Shown here: positions 59,198 to 64,000 of the stretch, piece after piece
Position numbering within the stretch: position 1 is the stretch's first letter
How the letters are laid out: each line of letters starts with the position of its first letter
Assembly: GCF_001194135.2 (NCBI RefSeq)
Contig: NC_068993.1
Span: forward strand, 478,236-542,235
Reading direction: 5' to 3'
DNA: 64,000 bases
Source: Octopus bimaculoides
Lineage: Eukaryota
Notes under the pieces: model-generated
The model's input: the letters and a program-made list of their open reading frames with translations, nothing else
Told to the model about the DNA's origin: nothing
The model's database searches: none
Made by a program: the position numbers and the translations under genes

Positions 59198-62100
59198 TAT
59201 ATATGGGTACAGGACGTTACCAACAGTGCAAACAACATGAAATACATAGACAACATATTAAATATGTAAACACCAAGAAGAAAAAATGGAAAACAGGACA
59301 AGTAAACACAGAGAAATGACACTTCTTCAGTTGTCGGTTGTCTATCTACTCCTTTTCTTTGAAAAGAGAACGTGCATAAAGACAACCCATGTTGAGATGG
59401 AGACAGTCACACTGACATGGAGGATATGCCATGAACCACAGCCATGTTGACATGGTCCACAGCTGAGATGGAATACTTCAAGACTTGATTAAATAATTCT
59501 CTGAATGTTTTCCAAAGTAATTTAGACAAACCATAATATTTACCTTCTTGTCTACACACAATTCCAGATGTGGAAACAAAGCTAACGGATGCTGCAGTAA
59601 GGTGTATTCTAACAGCTGAAGTTTATTCCATCTTTCCTCAGCAAGGGGGAATTTCTTGGAGTAACAGATTTGTTCTTTAGTAAAGCGCTGATATTTTGGT
59701 ACCTCTTCTTTTAGTTTTGCAAGACTTTTTGGCTAGAATAATAAAAAATGGGGAAGATCAGAATAAGCAATGTTAAGAAATCTATAATACAGGATAAAAT
59801 TCTAAATGTGTGTATAGTTGTTTAACAGCAACCCTATGTTCAAAGTAATATTTTTGTCTTTCAGAAGATTAAAAAAATAGAATAGATAAAACTAATTAAC
59901 CTCATTTCTTCTAATTAAAAGAGTTTTAATGAAAAAAAACACATTTTTGTATTGTTTCTAAACTAAAAATAATGTTGAAAATAGAGTGAAATACTTGACT
60001 AAGGTATGATCCATCAGTTATGAGGGGTAAACCATCTCGGAAATCATCCACTCCATTTTTCAATAGAAACTTATTTTTCCAATTTAAAGATTTTGATGGA
60101 ATTTTTGATTTCAGGGGCTTCAGATATTTGGTTTTAAGTCTTTCTTTGTACCTGCAAATACAGAAAATGGTAGAGACCAAAGATATTTAATCAGAAATAT
60201 TTCAAATGGATGTCAACTATTCAAATATTTGTTTATCAATGTGATGAACTCCTGTCATAGATTGGTAACATGATCAAGGTTTGATTAGTCTCTTACCTGC
60301 TTATCTTCAATATCTAAATCACCCACCAGGACAAGATCCTTGACCATTTTCGCTGTTGCAAGAGACTTGGATTTTTTACCGATTTTTTTCCTCCCCTCTT
60401 GACGCTGGGCTTTCAACAGGTTTGTTGAAATGTTTCAGTCCTGGTGGAACCATTCCTCCATAGAACAAGTCTATTGAAATGGTTCAGTCCTGGTGGAACC
60501 ATTTCCTCCATAGAACAGGGCTGTGATTGGCTCTCAAGGGAATTCATTTCCTGCTGTCACTTTTGTTTGATGTTTTTTTTTTAAAATCCTGTTGGGTGCC
60601 CATATCTCTTCAACAAAAAAACTCAACTGAGATGATAGTATAGGATGATGTAGGTACCAGAAGCAGGTTCCACTGGCCGATGATGGAATCAGTCCTGTAA
60701 GACGCCAGTCTCTTAAAGTTAACATTCCCTGATAATCCAACAGTTAAGTTACTTCTTATTTCCAGCTTCAACTCTTTATTCTCTTGAAGTCTAAATTTCT
60801 AAAAATAGTTTCTTAATGGCCCTTAGAAGAGGAGAAAGGGTCTGACTTCATAACATATTCAGGGCCTTTGAGACAATTATTAGAAGAGGGTAGACAAGGG
60901 GGAAGGATATGGGAGAGGAAGAAACTTCAGTTGGAGTGGAGTTCAGTAAAATAGGGGACAAAACATTAAGATATCGAGTTTTTCTCAGACTGGAGATAAT
61001 TTGGCCCAAATATTTATAACAGAGTGGACCCAAATAAAGACACTCCAGAACCAGGCAGTGGTGGTGGTGGTGGGGAATGGACCCTAGAAGCTACTTATTG
61101 ATCTTTTGCATTTTATTTAAAATAAGAATTATATTTGATGGAAAAAAAATGTATTTTCTTTTCCTCCTCTCTTTCACACACACGCACACACACATACAGA
61201 ATGTATATATGTTTACGTGTGTGTGTATATATATGTGTTGAAGAGTGTAGGCTCGAAACATCTTGTAGAATTCCGTAGAATTTAAACAAGCGAAGGTAAG
61301 GTGGACGAGAATTTAAACAAATGAAGTTCAGTTTAAAGTTTATAAATAAATATATTTCATTCCATGTTCAGTTTAAACTTTATGAATAAATGTATTTTTG
61401 CATTATTCATTATTGTTTTTAAAAATAAATCACATATACCCATCATACCCACCCAAAAGCGCGCGTAATTCAAATTGAAATCTACACGAGAACAAATTAG
61501 TTGCAGGTTTTTCACGATGACTTCTACATATCCCAGTGCAAATGGAATTAATCACCGCGACATTGCCNNNNNNNNNNNNNNNNNNNNNNNNNNNNNNNNN
61601 NNNNNNNNNNNNNNNNNNNNNNNNNNNNNNNNNNNNNNNNNNNNNNNNNNNNNNNNNNNNNNNNNNNNNNNNNNNNNNNNNNNNNNNNNNNNNNNNNNNN
61701 NNNNNNNNNNNNNNNNNNNNNNNNNNNNNNNNNNNNNNNNNNNNNNNNNNNNNNNNNNNNNNNNNNNNNNNNNNNNNNNNNNNNNNNNNNNNNNNNNNNN
61801 NNNNNNNNNNNNNNNNNNNNNNNNNNNNNNNNNNNNNNNNNNNNNNNNNNNNNNNNNNNNNNNNNNNNNNNNNNNNNNNNNNNNNNNNNNNNNNNNNNNN
61901 NNNNNNNNNNNNNNNNNNNNNNNNNNNNNNNNNNNNNNNNNNNNNNNNNNNNNNNNNNNNNNNNNNNNNNNNNNNNNNNNNNNNNNNNNNNNNNNNNNNN
62001 NNNNNNNNNNNNNNNNNNNNNNNNNNNNNNNNNNNNNNNNNNNNNNNNNNNNNNNNNNNNNNNNNNNNNNNNNNNNNNNNNNNNNNNNNNNNNNNNNNNN

Positions 62101-63075
62101 NNNNNNNNNNNNNNNNNNNNNNNNNNNNNNNNNNNNNNNNNNNNNNNNNNNNNNNNNNNNNNNNNNNNNNNNNNNNNNNNNNNNNNNNNNNNNNNNNNNN
62201 NNNNNNNNNNNNNNNNNNNNNNNNNNNNNNNNNNNNNNNNNNNNNNNNNNNNCAAGGACGAGATCTTCCAGAGGTTATTGGAACAAATTCGACACCTATA
62301 TCCATGCGTTTGAAACATTACAGAGTATAAGTATCTACGGAGCATAAGTATCACATTTATTTTGAAACTTAACTTCAAACTTCATTTGTTTTCTATTTTG
62401 ATAAATTCTCTCTGTTGAAAATTATATTTTTATATTTTAAATAATTTGCAATTTCAGGAAATATGTTTTTATATTAAATTTGTGTTTTCTAATAATTGAT
62501 AGATAGATACATAGTAGATAGATATCAGTAAGTAAGTAAGCCAAAGTATCAACTCAAATCAGCAGACAGACAGACAGACGGACACACAGATAGCTCGACA
62601 GGCAGACAGGCAAGCAGGCTGACAGACCAGCAACAAGGCATGCAGGCAGACAGGCAGACAGACAGCGACTACTTTCACTTCTGACATCTAATAGCGTGAT
62701 AGTGCCGACAAATGCTTTAACTAACCCTAACCCTAACCCTAACCAACACATGACTCCCAACTTTCTAGAAACAGCCTCTAAATCTCCATCGTTTTTCATA
62801 AAAAAGACACATTGGATAAGGAGATGTTCTTTACATACAAAAAGGGTGGATGGTCACGGCTAGATCGTCTTTGATAATAGGTTTGAGCGACAAAGAAACC
62901 GCTTTCACCAGCAAGTGCTCGTTCATATCTATTGTCAAAGTGTACGACGAACGGGGGAGGAGGCTATTATCGTAATATTTAAATAATATTGTACAACGTA
63001 CCATGGCTGATGCTGGATCGTGTGGTTTTTGTTTGTTGTATTGATTAAAAGCAAATCATATTTCTTCTCCGCCAT
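53133..63075 (-). CDS. FAM47E: FAM47-family protein (FAM47E-like); complete, 9 exons, 467 aa
   Basis: Nine in-frame GT-AG exons (1404 nt). Recognisable FAM47 blocks: QPWYKERLKTKY, GVDDFRDG, FTKEQICYSK, QHPLALFPHLE, DIVKLLDPEM, NPYRW, EFCEWVSSLGG..IDESTINALF..DYE.KP.LSVPI, FGAWYLPVKAWK, GYRKPEFL. The family call is firm; the specific symbol reflects the intron-containing vertebrate member, and orthology is untested. Confidence 0.88.
53564..53654 (-). mobile_element. Minimal non-autonomous Helitron (91 bp)
   Basis: Minus strand reads A|TCTCTATATATAAAG...AACCCGGGCAACGCCGGGTATTTCTGCTAG|T: 5'-TC, 3'-CTAG, subterminal GC hairpin at 53575-53592, A^T target, no TSD. Confidence 0.82.
54729..55035 (-). 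mobile_element. 5' part of a non-autonomous Helitron with (GTCT)n; 3' end in or beyond the gap
   Basis: Minus strand begins A|TCTATATATATAAAAATGAGAATGTCTGTCTGTCTG..., the TC-start plus tetranucleotide-microsatellite layout of Lep1-like Helitrons. Confidence 0.6.
55122..55199 (-). CDS. FAM47-like exon 8 (NSKLSLLYCSQAFLDWINNRGYRKPE)
   Basis: tttcacag acceptor, gtaagt donor, 78 nt. Confidence 0.92.
55310..55493. repeat. Compound (TAT)n/(CAT)n microsatellite
   Basis: Direct reading; source of the poly-Y/N/I pseudo-ORFs. Confidence 0.95.
55616..55800 (+). mobile_element. tRNA-head SINE (third type)
   Basis: A-box-like cagtggttagagtg and B-box-like gagtttgattcc, followed by non-tRNA body gttgagcaagacacttt; cannot form a complete cloverleaf. 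Confidence 0.65.
55939..56148 (-). CDS. FAM47-like exon 7 (KPSTLPP...FGAWYLPVKAWK...LSISL)
   Basis: ttctgccag acceptor, gtaaat donor, 210 nt. Confidence 0.9.
56979..57230 (-). CDS. FAM47-like exon 6 (NDHVKNVIQEFCEW...QRPAA)
   Basis: tcttccag acceptor, gtaaga donor, 252 nt. Confidence 0.92.
57951..58050 (-). CDS. FAM47-like exon 5 (DGETLRNPYRWL...SDAH)
   Basis: ctactttcag acceptor, gtaaga donor, phase 2 to 0. Confidence 0.9.
58409..58647 (-). CDS. FAM47-like exon 4 (VFLDIVKLLDPEM...VANSN)
   Basis: ccttttag acceptor, gtgagt donor, phase 0 to 2. Confidence 0.9.
59544..59732 (-). CDS. FAM47-like exon 3 (PKSLAK...QHPLALFPHLELCVDKK)
   Basis: ttattctag acceptor, gtaaat donor, 189 nt. Confidence 0.92.
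59995..60151 (-). CDS. FAM47-like exon 2 (YKERLKTKY...GVDDFRDG...YLSQ)
   Basis: tttgcag acceptor, gtattt donor, phase 2 to 0. Confidence 0.9.
60427..60517. repeat. Local tandem duplication (about 49 bp)
   Basis: tgaaatg(t/g)ttcagtcctggtggaaccatt(t)cctccatagaaca occurs twice. Confidence 0.85.
63002..63075 (-). CDS. FAM47-like exon 1 (MAEKKYDLLLINTTNKNHTIQHQP)
   Basis: aataATGG start; donor gtacgt in phase 2 completes W of QPWYKER. Confidence 0.85.
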
Positions 63076-63129
63076 TATTTAAAGTTCCTGACAAATTATT
63101 GAAGCAGACATTTCATAGACAGAGCAACA

Positions 63130-63143
63130 GTTGCCTTGGTAAC
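63130..63143. promoter_or_regulatory. RFX X-box motif upstream of the FAM47-like ATG
   Basis: GTTGCCTTGGTAAC fits the GTNRCC-N0-3-RGYAAC consensus exactly; 54 nt upstream of the start codon. Confidence 0.65.
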
Positions 63144-63807
63144 AAATAGACTGTTTTGTGTTGTTGGAAGGGAGTTAACTCATGCATTACAGTTAGATGT
63201 TGCAGGAAATATAACCCCGAGTCACACGGGTGGAATTCTACGTGTTTGTTCAAACTGCTAGAAAGAGCAGCGAAATTCATTCAAATTAACTTTTTTTGGG
63301 GAAAATAATTGTACAAAATTATTTTCTTTGTTTACACATACTCTCATACTTTATATTGATAGTTTTTTGCCCTCTCCTTCGGTTGCTACTGCTTAAACCA
63401 TGTCCTATCGATTTGAAGACTTCTTAATTAATATCCACCTTTGTTTTACTCTTAGTTGAAAAAGTCGAAAAGACAGAAACTGGTACTGACCGTTACAAAA
63501 TGTATTTCATGATAAAATTGTTTTAGCATTTTCCACCTTCTCTTATTTTCCTTATACATATCGACTCAAATGTCACTTTTCAACACTCTACACGTGTGTG
63601 TGTGTGTGTGCATAAGAAACAAAGATATTTGCTAGTAAAAGTATGCTATTGAAATAAATTATCTTTTGCATACCTTTTTTAAACCACGAGGTTACTCTAA
63701 TGAAATTCTTTGCACACATGCATACATACACACTGGCAAACACGCACTCAGTACTCAGTGTGGTACTTTTTTAAAAAGAGAAAGTTTACCATGAGAAAAT
63801 GAAAGAC

Positions 63808-63850
<43 letters not shown>

Positions 63851-64000
63851 GGGGAGATCTTTTCTATTGCTGTCACAGACTTTTAAATTGAAGTGAAAAT
63901 TTTCAAATTTGCTATATTGATGTAATTTTTCTTAATGAATCTGAGTTTGTAATTCAATTATTCCAGAAAAAAATTTTGGAGAAATGTTACAGAGTTTTAA

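Noticed and set aside
63398-63460. Divergent gene start upstream of the FAM47-like gene (ATG TCC TAT CGA...)
   Set aside because: Closes after 19 codons with no convincing donor or similarity

Overview
AT-rich, microsatellite- and SINE-dense animal genomic DNA with seven N-gaps. The repeat families suggest a coleoid cephalopod, probably Octopus (inference from recalled repeat sequences). I reconstructed four spliced protein-coding genes by hand; all called introns are GT-AG with consistent phases. (1) A HOOK-family dynein adaptor on the minus strand: first 12 coding exons (305 codons), ATG at 27320, running off the left edge. (2) RNF170 on the plus strand: complete, 5 coding exons, 248 aa, head-to-head with HOOK with 1150 nt between start codons. 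(3) ACSF2 acyl-CoA synthetase on the minus strand: 14 firm exons plus a probable first exon truncated by a gap, tail-to-tail with RNF170. (4) A FAM47-family gene on the minus strand: complete, 9 exons, 467 aa, with a canonical RFX X-box just upstream of its ATG. Introns and intergenic DNA hold decayed RTE LINEs, a CRE-clade retrotransposon remnant, tRNA-derived SINEs, a 70-bp hAT MITE, a 91-bp Helitron and a 212-bp foldback. The strongest leads are the HOOK-RNF170 divergent pair (the same arrangement as human HOOK3-RNF170), the X-box on the FAM47 gene, the CRE element and the intronic dsRNA-forming structures. I found no clearly new multi-gene system. Most ORFs in the supplied track are microsatellite or N-run artefacts.
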